Below are positions 1 to 14,949 of a stretch of DNA of 64,000 bases, in pieces. Below the pieces are notes generated by a model that searched no databases, was not told the origin of the DNA, and saw only the letters and a list, made by a program, of their open reading frames with translations. The DNA is from the human T2T-CHM13v2.0 reference genome, Homo sapiens. Each line of letters opens with the position of its first letter. Positions within the stretch are counted from its first letter, which is position 1. Where the stretch lies: the NCBI RefSeq assembly GCF_009914755.1, contig NC_060936.1; one strand, 5' to 3'. Made by a program: the position numbers and the translations under genes.

Positions 1-86
1 AGGAGGAGAAGTTTTGGTGGTAAAATGCATACTTTGTTTTTGATCATGCTAATTTTGAGATGCCTATTAGAGGTCTAATTTGAAAC

Positions 87-223
87 TTTTTTTTTTTTTT
101 TTTGGTAGAGAAGGGGTTTTGCTTTGTTACCCAGGCTAGTCTTGAACTCCTGCCCTCAAGTGATCCCCCTGCCTTGGCCACCCAAAGTGCTGGGGTTACA
201 GGTGTGAGCCACCTTGCCCAGCC
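87..223 (-). mobile_element. Alu monomer (FLAM-like)
   Basis: Poly-T followed by the reverse complement of an Alu left arm (CCCAAAGTGCTGGGGTTACAGGTGTGAGCCACC). Confidence 0.9.
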
Positions 224-352
224 AGCCAAGTTGAAATTCTGAACTGAATGTTGAATATATGAGTGTGGAGTTTAGGGAATAGATAGAGATGTAAATTTGA
301 AAGTCACTAGCATAATGTTTCTTGCCTTAAATTCTCATATATTTTCCTCTAA

Positions 353-727
<375 letters not shown>

Positions 728-1370
728 TAATCCATTTGGAATTAATTTTTTTATATAGTGAGAGAAAAAGATTGAACTCTCCCCTCCCTGTGCCCATGAG
801 TAGGCTTTCCCTCACTGGTTTGAAATGTCAGATATCAGATTTAAACAGCACAGATCTGTTTTCTGGGTTCTCTATTCTTTTAAGTTGGTCAATTTGACTA
901 TCAAAGATTCATTATCACTGCTATCATAATATCCAGGAGGCAAAAATGGAAGCAAGAAGACTGGTTAAGGGTTTATTGCTATAGTCTAAATGAGAAGTTA
1001 TAACTTAGAACAGGGTCTGTGCAAATACTACACTGTCTTAATCATTACATGATTCAGTCAGGGCTTAGTGCAAGAACAAGAACAACTCTAGATATTTCAA
1101 GCAGAAAGGAATTTACTACAGGGAATCTGATGCTTACAGAGTTGTTGGAAAGGCTAAAAAGAGCAGGAGTCAAATATGGCTCACACACTCGGTCTTGTAA
1201 GACGGCACCCCAGCCTCACAAGGTGTTGTCTTCCAGCTGGCTGTGTAACTCTCTTCATTAGACCATTCTACCATTCCATAGTGTCAGCTGGGATTACAGG
1301 CATGAGCCTCCGCACTTGGCCCTTTAGGTATCTTAAAGTCAATTTTATCTCATATTATAGCATCTATTCT

Positions 1371-1675
1371 GGCCAGGCGCAGTGGCTCAGGGCTGTAATC
1401 CCAGCACGTTGGGAGGCTGAGGCGGGCGGATCACCTGAGGTCAGGAGTTCAAGATCAGCCTGGCCCATATAGTGAAACCCTCTCTACTAAAGATACAAAA
1501 AAATTAGCTGGGTGTCGTGGCACGTGCCTGTAATCTCAGCTACTCAGGAGGCTGAGGTGGCAGAATCACTTGAACCCGGGAGGTGGAGGTTGCAGTGAGC
1601 CGAGATGAGCACCACTGCACTCCAGCCTGGGCAACAGAGCAAGATTCCATCTCAAAAAAAAAAAAAAAAAAAAAA
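1371..1675 (+). mobile_element. Full-length AluS
   Basis: GGCCAGGCGCAGTGGCTC...CACCTGAGGTCAGGAGTTCAAG...poly-A. Confidence 0.95.
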
Positions 1676-2034
1676 GATTTATTCCAGTGAGGGCAAAAAC
1701 ACTGCCTTCTGCATGATGGAGGGGGACCACTATAATCAACTCGCCTTGGCTGGTCCCTATGGTTAGAATGCCATATGGCTTGTTATTGGTCTCTGCTGTT
1801 GGCGGATTATCTCTTAGGAGACATAGTACCAAGATCTGCCGTGGTGAGAGAAAATATGTTTTGTTGAGCCCAGGCATAATTTCCAACTTGCCATCACGGC
1901 TACTGTGCTAGTGAGTCCTTTTAGCAATTCCTGGGTGGCTTGATAAAGAGGCTGACTGACATTTGCAGAACCAGGTCATCTCGTCCACCCAATTACCAAG
2001 ACCTGTCAGTGCCCTTTGGTGAGTGAACATTCAC
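1676..2034 (-). mobile_element. ERVL-class internal (pol RNaseH/integrase) remnant
   Basis: The - strand gives degraded ERVL pol words: VDEMT, YAWAQQ, QQQRP, PYG, VDYSGPPPS and FALTGIN (compare VDYIGPLPS...FVLTGID), broken by frameshifts. Confidence 0.7.
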
Positions 2035-2926
2035 CAATTTGTAGTTTTGTTGATTCTCCCTCGTGTATTTTTGTTTCCTAATTTTCACTCTTACATTGAT
2101 TATTTCTTTCCACCTTTTTTGGTGGCAAGGGGAGGTTGCTGTGACATTATTTTTGTAATTTCTTGAGTTGGAATCTTAGCTCTGTTTTTTCTTTCTTCTC
2201 TTCTAATGTATTACAGCTATAAATCTGCTTTAAATGCTACTTTAGCTGTATTCCACATTTTTTAAAGATAATTTTTTAAAGCAGTTTTAGATTCACAGCA
2301 AAATTGAGAGGAAGGTAGAGAGATTCCCCGTATACCCCCTGCCCCACACACGCATAGGCTCCCCCATTATCAAAATCCCTTGCCAGAGCAGTAGATTTGC
2401 TGTAATTGGTAAACCTACATCAACACATCATAATCACCCAAAGTCCATAGCTCGCATTAGGGTTTTGCTCTTGGTGCTATTTCCACACATTTTGATTGTG
2501 TATTTTCTGTATTGTTCAGTCTATATTTTATCTAATTTCCATTATTAATTATGTTTTGAAATCTGTTCCTAAATTTCCAAGCTTTGGGAATTTTACCTTT
2601 CTGTTATTGATATCTAAATTAATTGTTTGTGTTTGGAGACATGCGGCCTGTATAATACTGATTCTTTTTATTTGTTGAGATTTGTTTTGTGGTACAGTGC
2701 ATGGTCAATTTTTGAAATGTTCTCTATGTTCTTTAAACAACTATATATTCTCTAACTGCTGCATAAAGGATTCTATGTACATCTATCAGAACATGTCAGA
2801 ACATGCTGATTGTGTTATTCAAATCTCCCATGTCTCTACTAATTTTTGTCTGCCAATTTATCAATATACTAGAGAGCTATGACTTTTAAAATATTCAGCT
2901 ATCATGGTGAATTTCGCAATTGCTCC

Positions 2927-3227
2927 TTTTTTTTTTTTTTTTGAGATGGAGTTTCGCTCTTGTTGCCGAGGCTGGAGTGCAATGGCGCATGCAATCTCAG
3001 CTCACCGCAACCTCCGCCTCCTGGGTTCAAGTGATTCTCCTGCCTCAGCCTCCTGAGTAGCTGAGATTACAGACATGAGCCACCATGCCCAGCTAATTTT
3101 GTATTTTTAGTAGAGATGGGGTTTCTCCATGTTGGTCAGGCTGGTCTCGAACTCCCGACCTCAGGTGATCCGCCCACCTTGGCCTCTCAAAGTTCTGGGA
3201 TTACAGGCGTGAGCCACCGCACCCAGC
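2927..3227 (-). mobile_element. Full-length AluS (Sp/Sq-like)
   Basis: Two-arm reverse complement, flanked by a near-duplicated GCAATTGCT target site. Confidence 0.95.
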
Positions 3228-3593
3228 TTGCAATTGCTTCTTATAGTTTTGTTTCATGTATCTGAAGTGGTTACATCAAGGTAAAGAATTGCTATATCTT
3301 CCTGGTGAACTGTTACTTTTATGATTATATAGTAACTACATTTTTAAAATCTTAAAGTCTTATTTTTTATAGTGATACAATATACTAAAATATAATTTGC
3401 CACTTTACCATGTTTAAGTGTGCAGTTCAGTGACATTACTACTCACAGGCATATTGTTGTGCAGCCGTCACACTATCCACTTCCAGAATGTTTTCTCATC
3501 TCAAACTAAAACTCTATACCCATTAAACACGAACTCCCCATTATACTCTCCTCCCAGCCCCTAGTAATCACTATTCTATGTGTCTTAAAATAA

Positions 3594-3726
3594 TTTTTTT
3601 TGGGTAAAGATAGTCTCACTATGTTGCCCAGGCTGTCCTCAAATTCCTGGCCTCAGGTGCTGGGATCCTTCTGCCTTGGCCTCCCAAAATGCTGGGATTA
3701 CTGGTGTGAGCCACCACACTTGGCCC
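3594..3726 (-). mobile_element. Alu monomer (FLAM-like)
   Basis: Poly-T plus left-arm reverse complement. Confidence 0.85.
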
Positions 3727-4996
3727 TCTATATATCTTGAAGTAAATTTCGTCTCATATTAGTATAGCAATACTATCTGATTTGTTATCTTTTTCCATTT
3801 TTTTACTCTTAGCCATTCTGTGTCATTATGACTTATAACAGCACATAACTAAAAGTTTTTATCCCGTCTGACAATTCCTATCTTTTAACTGGTGAGTTTA
3901 GTTCATTTACACTTGTTGAGTTTACTGACAAATTTTGTTTTATATATAACATCTTATTTTGTGCTAATATTTTCCATGCATCTCTCTTCCTGCTTTCTAC
4001 TGAAATGAAAGTTTTTAAAACTCATTTTCTCCTTTATTGACTTGAAAGTTATATATATTCTATTTCTATTTCTTTCATGATTTGCCTTAATTTTAAATTA
4101 AAAATAATCATAATGGCTTAATCAATATTTCTACTCCCCTTATAATATAATTCAAGAGCCTTGGAATACTTTAACTCTGGTTATATATCTCTTATATATG
4201 TCATTGTTGTTTAGTATTATAAGGTCATCTTATTTTCGTGTTCGCAAATTAACCACTGTTATTATTGTTTGTACAGTCAATGCTTGTTTAGATATACTCA
4301 CATGTTTTCCAATTTCTTTACTCACCGTAAGTATTTTCCAAGCTCCTATTTTTATCTCATTTCTTTCTTATGGGTGGAAATTTTCATCAGCAAATTTCCT
4401 GAAGAAAATTCCTTCAGTGAAAGGTTTATTTGTGATAACAAATCTGTCTCGTTTGTCTGGAAATTTATTTATTTTATTTCTACTCTTGCATAATAGTATA
4501 GCTGAGTGAAGAATTCTTGATGGGTTTTTCACTCTGCACTTTGAATATATTATTCATTGTCCCCTGTTCTGTATTGTTGATTTTGGAAAGTCTATTGTGA
4601 ATGTAATTGTTGTTATATTGAATGTATTTTTCTCTCTGACCTTAGAATTCTTTCATTCATGGCAATATATATGGGTATAAATTTAGTTTAATTGATCCTG
4701 CTGAGGACTTGTATTATCTAAATCTGAGGATTCATGTCTTCTATTAATTCTGGTAAATTCTCACCCATAATCTCTTTGAATGTTGCCTCCCCCAGTTTTC
4801 CTTGTTTTCTCCCCCAAGAACTTGTAATATGTCTATGTTGTACCTTTTTATTCTCCAGTGTTTTTTTTTTTAGCCTCTAATATTTCCTACCTTTTTATCT
4901 GCTTGTGCAATCTACTGGAAAATTTCATCATAACTCTCCTCCAACCATAATTCTCTTGTTACCTATGCCTAGATCTCTTTTTAGTCATCCATTTAG

Positions 4997-5265
<269 letters not shown>

Positions 5266-5532
5266 CTCTATTTAGTTTCTTTTTAAACTTAAAAAAAGTT
5301 TGAAGTATAACACACATATATAAAAGCACATAAAACATAAATGTATTATTGAAATAATTACTGTAGCTGAGTTACCGATCAAGAAATAAAATGTTGCCAG
5401 ACTCCAAGTGCCTTCCACGCACCCCTTACTGATCACAGCTCTCTTCCTTTTCACTAAAGGTAACCATAACCCTGACATTTATGGGAATCATGTCTTTGCT
5501 TTAAAAAAAAAAAAGTTCTACCACATTCCTAA

Positions 5533-5879
<347 letters not shown>

Positions 5880-6128
5880 TTCTTTTCTGGACTTTTAAAA
5901 ATAATAAAAACTGTATGTAAGTTTTTGTGTCTTGATATTTTGACCAATATTATATATTAATTATTCACCTCTGTTGTTGTGTTTGGCAGATGCTCATTCA
6001 TTTTTGTGTGTTTACAAAATAATTTACTGTCTAATATACTAAATATTTAGCTGTTTTACTGCTATAAACATTTTTTGTTTCCAGTTTGGAGCTGTTATGA
6101 ACAATGCTGCTATGAACATTATGGTATC

Positions 6129-6494
6129 TGCTTAGTCCATTTTGTGCTGCTATAACGGAATCCGTGAGACTGGGTAGTTATAAATAACAGAGATTTATTT
6201 CTTATAATTCTAGAGGCTGGGAAGTCCAAGGTCAAGGGGCCCACATCTAGGGAGGGCTCTCTTGCTGAGTTATCACATGGCAGAAGGTGGAAGGGCAAGA
6301 AAGCAGGGGTACTGAACTCATCCCTTTATCAGAAACTGGCTCCTGAGATAACTAACCCACTCCCACAATAACATCATTAATCCACTCATGAGGGCAGAGC
6401 CCTCATGACCTAATCATCTCTTAAATGTCCCACCCCTCAACACTGTTGCATTGTTCAACACATGAACTCTGGATGACACATTCACACCATAGCA
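6129..6494 (-). mobile_element. MaLR solo LTR (MST family)
   Basis: CTTAGTCCATTTTGTGCTGCTATAAC...GGCTGGGAAGTCCAAGGTCAAG...CACCATAGCA. Confidence 0.85.
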
Positions 6495-6919
6495 ATACCT
6501 GTATACTAGTGCATACAGGTGTGCATTTTTATAGTTTAAATACTTAGAAATACAATTGTTGGGTCCCAAGGTATGCATGCCTTCAATCTTATCAGATAAT
6601 GCCAGACTGTTTTTCAAAGTTGTACTAAATTACACTCCTGTCAACAGTATATGAGCAACCCCATTCCTCAACAATCTTATCAATGCTTGGTGTTATTATT
6701 TATCTGATCTTTTAATTTGACCCAGTCTGGTGGGTACATAACAGTATCTTTGATAGATACTTTCTATCATAGAAATACTTTCTAATGAGTAATTTCATAA
6801 ACTGACAATTAAGTGATACACTTCTATCCACTTGATTTTTATTCTTAGCGACTCTCCTAGATATGGTCTATTGGCATTCAACATCCTTCTCATTCTCTTC
6901 TATTTACCTTTTCATATAA

Positions 6920-7230
6920 GAGGATCTAGAAAGCAAAACCAGCAAATACCTACCCACGTTTCCCAGGTTTGGGATACAAATTAGTTTCCACCAGAAAGAT
7001 GTACTCATGAAGAATTTAGAGTGCAGAAGCAAGGTGGGGGCCACCTTTCTGAGGCATCACTTTTAGTGCTGCATCTATCTTTGCTAATGTGAAAGGCAGG
7101 TGTAATAATGACAATAAGTTGACCTGGACTTGCACTCCCCCAGCCCATTCGATGATTTGTAAGCACCTAATTCCCCACTGTTTAAAATACGTAGAGAAAT
7201 TTCTTTTCAATCTGGACTCTGGCTGATACA
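6920..7230 (+). mobile_element. Old ERVL-type LTR fragment (LTR33-like)
   Basis: Ends in CTGGACTCTGGCTGATACA, a typical ERVL LTR terminus. Subfamily is a guess. Confidence 0.45.
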
Positions 7231-7378
7231 ATGACAATTGTACTTCACATAATTTAAGATACTCTCAAAGGTAAGAAGCACCATTATTTCACTGACACTA
7301 AGAAAGCCATTGTTGCAGTTAAACTATGACAAGTGCTTTCTTGACACTTAGAATTTTCCTCTAACTATTTAAAGAGTT

Positions 7379-7549
7379 ATTTTATTTTATTTTATTTTAT
7401 TTGGAGACACATTTTGCTCGGCCACCCCGACTGGAGTGTAGTGGCACAATCATAGCTTACTGTAGGCTTGAACTCCTGGGCTCCAGCAATCCTTCCATGT
7501 CAGCCTCCCAAAGTGCTGGGATTACAGGTATGAGCCACTGTGCCCAGCC
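7379..7549 (-). mobile_element. Monomer-length old Alu with (TTTTA)n tail
   Basis: Alu reverse complement; near-TSD TAAAGAGT(T/C)ATTT. Confidence 0.85.
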
Positions 7550-7959
7550 TAAAGAGTCATTTTAGACTTTAGACATTGGTGTTATAATTTATAATTTATA
7601 ATTTATAATCTCTCCCTTTACCAGTGGACAGATATTTTTCCTACCCTTTATTTGGGCTGAACTTTGATTCTTATTTCTACATGACCATTAAAACCCTTTG
7701 GTTACTGAGATCAGCAACTACCTCTAAACACACTCCAGGAAGCTCCAGGATCAGCTCCCACATTTGCCATCCAGGTTTTTAGTTCTCTTCTTATTTTTGG
7801 TTCCTTGGAGGATTTTTCTTTTTTTTTCCTATCAAGCTCAGCTGTGCATTTAAAAGAAAATTTTGTATTTTGGCCACTGTTTCTAGGTGCTTTATAGTAA
7901 AATATTCTAGTTTGTTATAACACTAGAAACACAAGTCCATCTCATTACTATGGACTATA

Positions 7960-8105
7960 ACATTTCCATTTAACAAATGAGAAAATTAAGTCTCATAGAA
8001 GTTAAATAATTTCTCCAAATTCACACAGATAAAAAGTTGTGGGACCAAGATTCAAACTGAGATTTTTTTGTGTCTAAAACTCATTCTCTTAGCATTGAAC
8101 CACAC
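7960..8105 (-). mobile_element. MIR fragment
   Basis: CCATTTAACAAATGAGAAAATTAAGTCTCATAGAAGTTAAATAATTTCTCCAAATTCACACAG...GATTCAAAC matches the MIR core. Confidence 0.7.
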
Positions 8106-8927
8106 CTAGGAAGACTTGCTTTAAATTTTCTGATACTACAGTGATCATTTGCATACTTCCAGCTGATTGAATGATTACATTCCTATCTATTATAACAGAC
8201 TTGAGTTAATTTGTACTTTACCAAAATGCCACAATGAAACTGATGAATTTCTGACTGTGATATTTTTAAAATAGACTTCTGGGCTTGGAAGCCACTTTAA
8301 AGGGGCATCTTGCCATCCGCTTGCTTCAGACAGAGCCAACCTCCAGCCATTATTCACAGTCTCTGATAGATGATCATTTCCCTGGGATCTCAGGTACAAT
8401 AGAAGACAAAGTATAAATTTTTAAAATCAAACTCTTGGCCTTAGTGAGTCTCACTGGCAGGGTTTTTCCTCCTTAATTCTGAACTAATTCTCTCCTGCAC
8501 CTCCAGCCACTCTGTCCATGGGAGAGGGACAAAAGAGCTTTCCTTGCCCTCTTTACATAGCATATCTGCCCCTCCCCATTACTGAGTAACCACATACCCC
8601 TACGGGATTACTCAAATCCTTTCAGCTTTCTCTTCTTTCCTCCTTTTTGGTCATGAATTTTGTCCTTGGCTGTAACTCCTGGTGACTGATCTCCCATTAA
8701 TGATGCTGACATACAGGACCCAGATAAAGTGCTATATAAATGCTAAGTAATCACAGCCAGGCTTGACTTTGTGATACAGGTTATCTCAGGCTGCTGTGAT
8801 ATGAGATCAGCCCCCTGTTGACATTCAAGGTGAAGTTTACCAGCTGCAAACCTTTTTTTTTTTTTTTGCCGTGGAATATTGTGACAAGTGCTAATTCTCT
8901 ACCACGGGCCTTGAAAAGAAAGCATGC

Positions 8928-9132
8928 AGGCCTGTCGGAGGGTGGGAGGCAAGGGGAGGGAGAGCATTAGGACAAATACTTAAGATATGTGAGGCTTGAA
9001 ACCGAGATGATGGGATGATAGGTGCAGCAAACCGCAAACCACCATGGCACAGGTATACCTGTGTAACAAACCTGCATGTTCTGCACATGTATCCCAAGAC
9101 TTAAAGTAAAATAAAATAAAATAACAAAAAAA
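8928..9132 (+). mobile_element. 5'-truncated primate L1 (L1PA) 3' end with perfect 15-bp TSD
   Basis: GGGAGAGCATTAGGACAAATAC...GTAACAAACCTGCATGTTCTGCACATGTATCCC plus A-rich tail. GAAAAGAAAGCATGC at 8913-8927 and 9133-9147. Confidence 0.93.
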
Positions 9133-9744
9133 GAAAAGAAAGCATGCTATTATTGATGGTCTGTCTGTTATTCAATATACATATACATGGAGAATATTAA
9201 GGTATATTGGTATATACTATAGACTTTCAGAATGTGGCCACTCCAGGAGACCTAAGCAAATTCTCTTGCTGGGTATTGGTGGTGGGGGTGAGAGAGATCC
9301 AGAGAGAAAAGGGCCCAAGCATCTCTTATAGTGGAAGTGGGTGCACCCATAACTGACAAAGAGTGGATCTGCTTAAAATGTAAAAAAAAAAAAAAAAATG
9401 TTTTGACTACCCAATGTCAAATGGCCAACGTACTTAATTTTTTTTCACTGACTTAACTAAATCATCTTATTGTTGTGACATTGTGTCATAATCAAAGCAC
9501 TGATTTCCAAGATTTGTGTGAAACAGGTGACTACAGACCTGTTCATTCTCAGGTTTTGAAAGATAAACTTTTCTGTCATTAACTCCTTAGTCCTTACAAT
9601 GTCAAAAATCATATTTGGAGTTTTGTCATTAGAAAACAGAACTGAAACATTGTTTGGACATTTTGTAGACAATTGTGGTCATCCTCTAATTTTCTGGGCA
9701 CTTGGATAATATGTGTGAAAGAGAGAGACAGAGAGAGATCTTAC

Positions 9745-9747
<3 letters not shown>

Positions 9748-9778
<31 letters not shown>
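9748..9778. repeat. (TG)n microsatellite
   Basis: About 15 perfect TG units. Confidence 0.95.
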
Positions 9779-9782
<4 letters not shown>

Positions 9783-12700
9783 ATATATATCCTAAGACTA
9801 TAGCTAGAAGAAACTTTAGATTTTATAGACAACTTTCACACTTAATAGAGGAAGAATCAGAGTCAGACAGATGACTTACTGAAGAATATTTTACCATTAG
9901 GAGACAGATGTGGACTAATAATCCTTATCTTTTGACTCCAGTGGGATTCAGTGCACTTTCCTATACAGTACACATACTAGTAGGGGCTAGAGACTGGGAC
10001 AAATAGTCCCAGTTAATAGTTCTTTCAGAAAACGAGGCATTATGTTGCTTGAAGGAGTTGGTAAGCTGGCATTCTTTCTTATAGACAAAAGAATAGATAA
10101 GATGATTTAAATGCCATTTCAAATCTACTTTTCTCTTAGTCTTTCCTACAGCATACCTATGAAATGGATGGCAGTTATTCAATAGAATTTGTGTCTTTTC
10201 CATATTTAAAATATGTCTTTGTACATGTGCACGTCTAATATTCAAATGAATGTTATTCAACATCTGCGTGTGTGTATGTGTATATGGAGTAGAAGGCTTT
10301 GTATTATGTTTTCCTCCATGGGTGTATATTACTCAGACCCTCTCATGAGTCTGCCTACTAATTTAATGTATTAGTTTATTGTTACATCATTTCTATACTT
10401 TTCTAAAGCGCTTCAGATGCAGCCCAATCAGAACATAAAAACACATGTGCAAGCAGCCTTACACACACACACACTTGCACACAAGGAGACATATATAGAC
10501 ATGTGCTGCCACACATTCCCTAGATCTTCCTTGCATACCCCTGCTATAGCTGGGCAGACATTATTGTCACTTCAAGCTGGAACAAGTGAAGCAGCCTGCT
10601 TTTTCTGTTTATGCTGTACAGCTGATGACAGATAACTGCATCATGCTCATCTGCTTAGACTTTACCTCTTTTCTAAAGGGCGGCCAGAACAAAAGCTTCT
10701 TCCTATCAGCATTTTTGTAAGAAACACCTTTTCCCAGAAATCCCTATTTGGTTCATACTGTCCTGCCAGATTTACAGTTCCTCGGTTTCCCAGCCTCTTC
10801 TCCCTGACTCCCTAATGTAGAATTTCTGCTCAGCCAGACGAGTGCCTTCTCTCCAGCAGCACATACCTTGTCCTCTCCAGGCTCTAAACTGCACAAGCCA
10901 TTGCCCAAGTTGGGACACAAGTCTTTTCCTACTTCTCCCTTGGGGCCCTTTTCTGCTCTCCTCCCCAAGTGTCTCTCCCCTCTGAAGGAATGACTGTCTT
11001 GTCTGATTCATCTCGCTTCTGCTGCAGCTCCCGCTCCTCCTCCTCCCTGCATTGTGGTCCCTCATTTCTCTTGTCACTCAATCTTCTCACCTTTCTTTCT
11101 GCCTGGGTCCTGAGTATATGCTCCATCTCCCTGCACAGATAGGGTGTGGCTCCCCACATTCAGCAACTGGCTTTGTCTCTTGTTTCCTGGTGCTCCCCTC
11201 CCCCAGCCCAGGCAATGCCTTGTTCCTGACAGAGTGTTGACTGACAGACTGGCTGGAGTTGAAGCTCAGCCTTAATACTTCTTCCATCTCTTTTCTTGAT
11301 TAATTTGATGTGTTTGGCATCACCTCTGCTGCTGGAGGGGTATTTTCTAGGAGGCAGAAGAGTGTCGGAGGCCTTGCTCCTTTTCCTTCCCTTCCCAGAT
11401 AGACTAGTATTTCAACCTGACAGCTCCCAGCTGGTCCTCTGGCTATGGAGCATTGAGTGTTTATTTTCCTGATGTTTTTATTCCAAAGTCTTTGCCAGGG
11501 TCATGTTGTTGAAATCCACCAAGTGACAGCAGCCCCTGACCCTGCTACTGAATCCGAACACATTTTACAGGTACAGCTGTTGTCAGAAAATTACAGAAGC
11601 CAAAGGCAAAAAAAAGAGGCCTTGAGAGGTCATCTTGGATATGCCCCTGTTTCCAGTCTAGTTTCTGCTCAGGTAAATTAGAAAAGACTAGTTTCAAAGT
11701 GCTACACAAGGGAAATGGATGTCTCACTCTTAAATCCCACTCCATTATCTAGCTATTCCCACCATCAGAGTGTTTCATTATAGGGACCCACAACCTCACC
11801 TTTGAATGCCAGGCCCTTTCCACTTCTGTTGTTGCCAGAAAGTTGATGATGATGAATATAACCCACTATATACTTGAAAAAGAAAATTAGATTAGAAATA
11901 ATCCAGAGAAAGCGGTCATCCATGACCAAGTGGTCATCCATGATGGATAATTCAATCTTCAACACAATCTACATTCTTTCCAAAGACCAGAGTAATTTCC
12001 AGACTGACTTAACTGTTAACCATGAACATCCAAAATCCTCCCTGGCTCACAGTGGTAAGTAGGTTTCCAAGTCTGGATTAGTCTTACCCTTAGATTTAAA
12101 TGTTTTTTATTTGCCCACATCCCACTCTATGGCTCTTCCCCCAGCCCAGGCTGAGAGAGTGCTGGTGCCACTCAATGGTGTCCACACATAATAAGGGTCT
12201 GTGTAATGCCAAGCAACCGGCTGTAAGCAAGAGAAAAATGTTATCTGGCTAATCCATCCACTTGTTAACATATATTTGGATATTTGGAAATAATCCAATG
12301 AAGGACTGAAGTTTTCCTTTGTCAGCATGTAGGCAGTCCTAAAATATCATAGTCAAGCAATGTCCATAGACAAAGTTAACTGCATCATTAACACTTCTTT
12401 TTTTCACTTGGCATGCTATATCTGACAGGCTTTCTCCCCACCTGGTGACCCAACGCTGGTCTGAGTGGCTTGGCATTCATTATAAAGAGAGATGCCAATG
12501 TCTCAAAAGTGCCAGAGAGGCTGGCAGACTGCCTAACTATAAGGCAGCTGCTGTGATTTCCATAAGAGAATAAGCAGAATGCAAAACAAAACTGCAAGAA
12601 GGAGGCTGCCCAGTTCTTGTTGTTGGCAGGGGCCAAAAAAGCAGGAACTCATTTCCTCACCTCCTGTGACTGGGTCTGGCCTACATATCCAGGGACTAGG

Positions 12701-13429
12701 AGGGAGAAATTTGGGTGAACCAATGCAAAAGAATGTATTCTCATCACCTCTGGAAAAAAATGCTTTTGTGCCAGCTGTTTTTCCAAGGGACCAACTGGAG
12801 CTATTACCATACAATCTAGTGAAATGAATGGTGGTTCTTTCCTTAGATCTGGAAATATATCAAACTGAACAATTCAGGAAATCTATGGTTTTGGTAGTGA
12901 GTTGCCAAAACTCTGCTTTATTTGGTGCTATGCAGTTTCAACTATAGTAGCCCTGATCTAGTTGGCTTATCTCTACAATTCAAACCATTAGAAAACTGTT
13001 TGAGCCAATCCTTCACTCTCTTCATCCCTTGAAACCCTAGTGAGCCTGAAACAACAGATAAGGGTCGGGCGGGGGGTGCAGGGGAAGAAGAGAAACACAA
13101 GGTTAAAAAATTACCCCTCGTTCCTTCTACACACATCTAGGCTAAAGCAAACTTGAGTGAGGGAAGGAAGAAAATATCACATTAAACCGAGCTCAGAGTC
13201 TTGAAGCTACATTGCACTGGACATTCTCCCTAAGATTTGAAATTGTGTATATGACTTGAAGTTGTTACAGGATTGTCTATTACCTAAGAGCAGGCAGAAG
13301 AGTCTGGGGCCCCCTGGAGTTTTAATCCAAGAGCCAAGAAGTGTTAGCTAACATCCATTGACATTGATAAAGGGTGACAGAACACAAAAATGAAATTGTA
13401 TTTCGCCTTTTAAAGAGTAAAGGATGGAC

Positions 13430-13800
13430 TGGGATATGATTGTAAATAAACCCCAAAACATATAGTCACTTAAATACAATAGAAACTTATTCCTTCCTCA
13501 GGTAAAGTCCTAGGCAGATGATTCTTGCCAGTGGGTGGCTGCCCTCTCCATGTGGTTCAGGGATCCAGGCTCTTCCTATCGCGTGTCTGAACTATTCCCT
13601 AGGGTGCCATGGTGGACATCCTCACAGAGGAAGAAGACAGAGAGCACGGAGGAGAATGGGAACACACCCACTTGTTAAAAGCTTTGGCCAGGAAACGGCA
13701 CATGCATTCCATTAATTAGAACTAAGTCACACATCCATATGAAACTGCAAAAAATGCTGGGGGTGTAGTCCAGCTGCAGGCCCAGGATTTGGAGGGAGCA
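13430..13800 (-). mobile_element. Old MaLR LTR (MLT1-like)
   Basis: CAGGGATCCAGGCTC...AGAACTAAGTCACAC...AACTGCAA...GCTGGGGGTGTAGTCCAGCTG resembles MLT1. Confidence 0.6.
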
Positions 13801-14949
13801 GTTGCTATATCTTTATAATGGTTGAAATTTTACTGGCTTCTGTGTCCAGTGGCAAATTTGGATATAGAAGATCCTCATGGGGTACCAGACGTTCAACCAT
13901 CATAGGCAGCAATCTTATGAGAGTATTTCTTTCTCCAAAAGGAAGGTCATCACTCCCCAAAGGGACTTTTCTCTGAATGGTGCAGGTTGATGGATGGCGG
14001 GGAGAAAAAAAGGGACTGGGAGAGAAAAGGATTTCTGTGAAAGAGCAGAGCAAAGGTAGCCATGCTCAGCTGCCTCTTGAAGATAAGGAAGGCTCCTGTA
14101 GCTTGACTACTGAGACCTACTCGCAGGAGATTTGTTCCTTCCCCCAATGGAACTTCTCATCCCTTGTGTAATGAATATGCACCTGAAACTCCTAGGTCTC
14201 AGAGAGCCTGAAAGTGAACACGACCCTAAAATATCCGAGCTACTGAAAACAATCTGGTAAAATGTGCCACTGGACACAGAAGCCAGTAAAATCCATGAAG
14301 GCAGAAGAATTGCCTGGCCCTTCAACCCCAAATAAAATAAACATATTTTACATCTTATTAATTCCAAAACTGGATTCAATTTTTTAAAGTGCCGCATTCT
14401 GGTGAGATCAGAAGACACATCTGGCAAGAATGAGGTCATTACAAGAAGAGTTTGACTATTTATAATAATCATTAAAAAACACCCGCCGCCCTTGGATTCT
14501 CACTCGGGGTGGGGAGCGAAGAGCTTTGCAGGACCCATCAAGGAAAGCAAAGATTCTGGCAACACAATTCCCCCTGTTAACTATATTCCCGGCCTCTAGG
14601 TCGCTATTTAAACTAAAAGGGCGTCTCCATTCTCCCCCAGAGGTACCGTTCTACAGCCACACTCACTACTTTATCCATGTCTGTGTGCAGTGAGCATTTT
14701 TCTGTTCTTCTAGTTTCACTGGAGTTTTATTTTATGCACCCTTCCCCTGCCCCATTTCTTGAGACCAGCTGGACCGCATGCTGGAAAAACAAAACAGGAG
14801 AGAGGGGAAGGTCCCTCAGATTCCAAAGCAGAACACAACCAAGGCTTCCTAAGTAAATGAAAAGGACTTGGAGAAGACATAACACTTCAGTGTAGACACT
14901 TAAGTTGAAATTTCTGCCCTGTCGTTCCAATGCCATGATGGAGAAGGAC

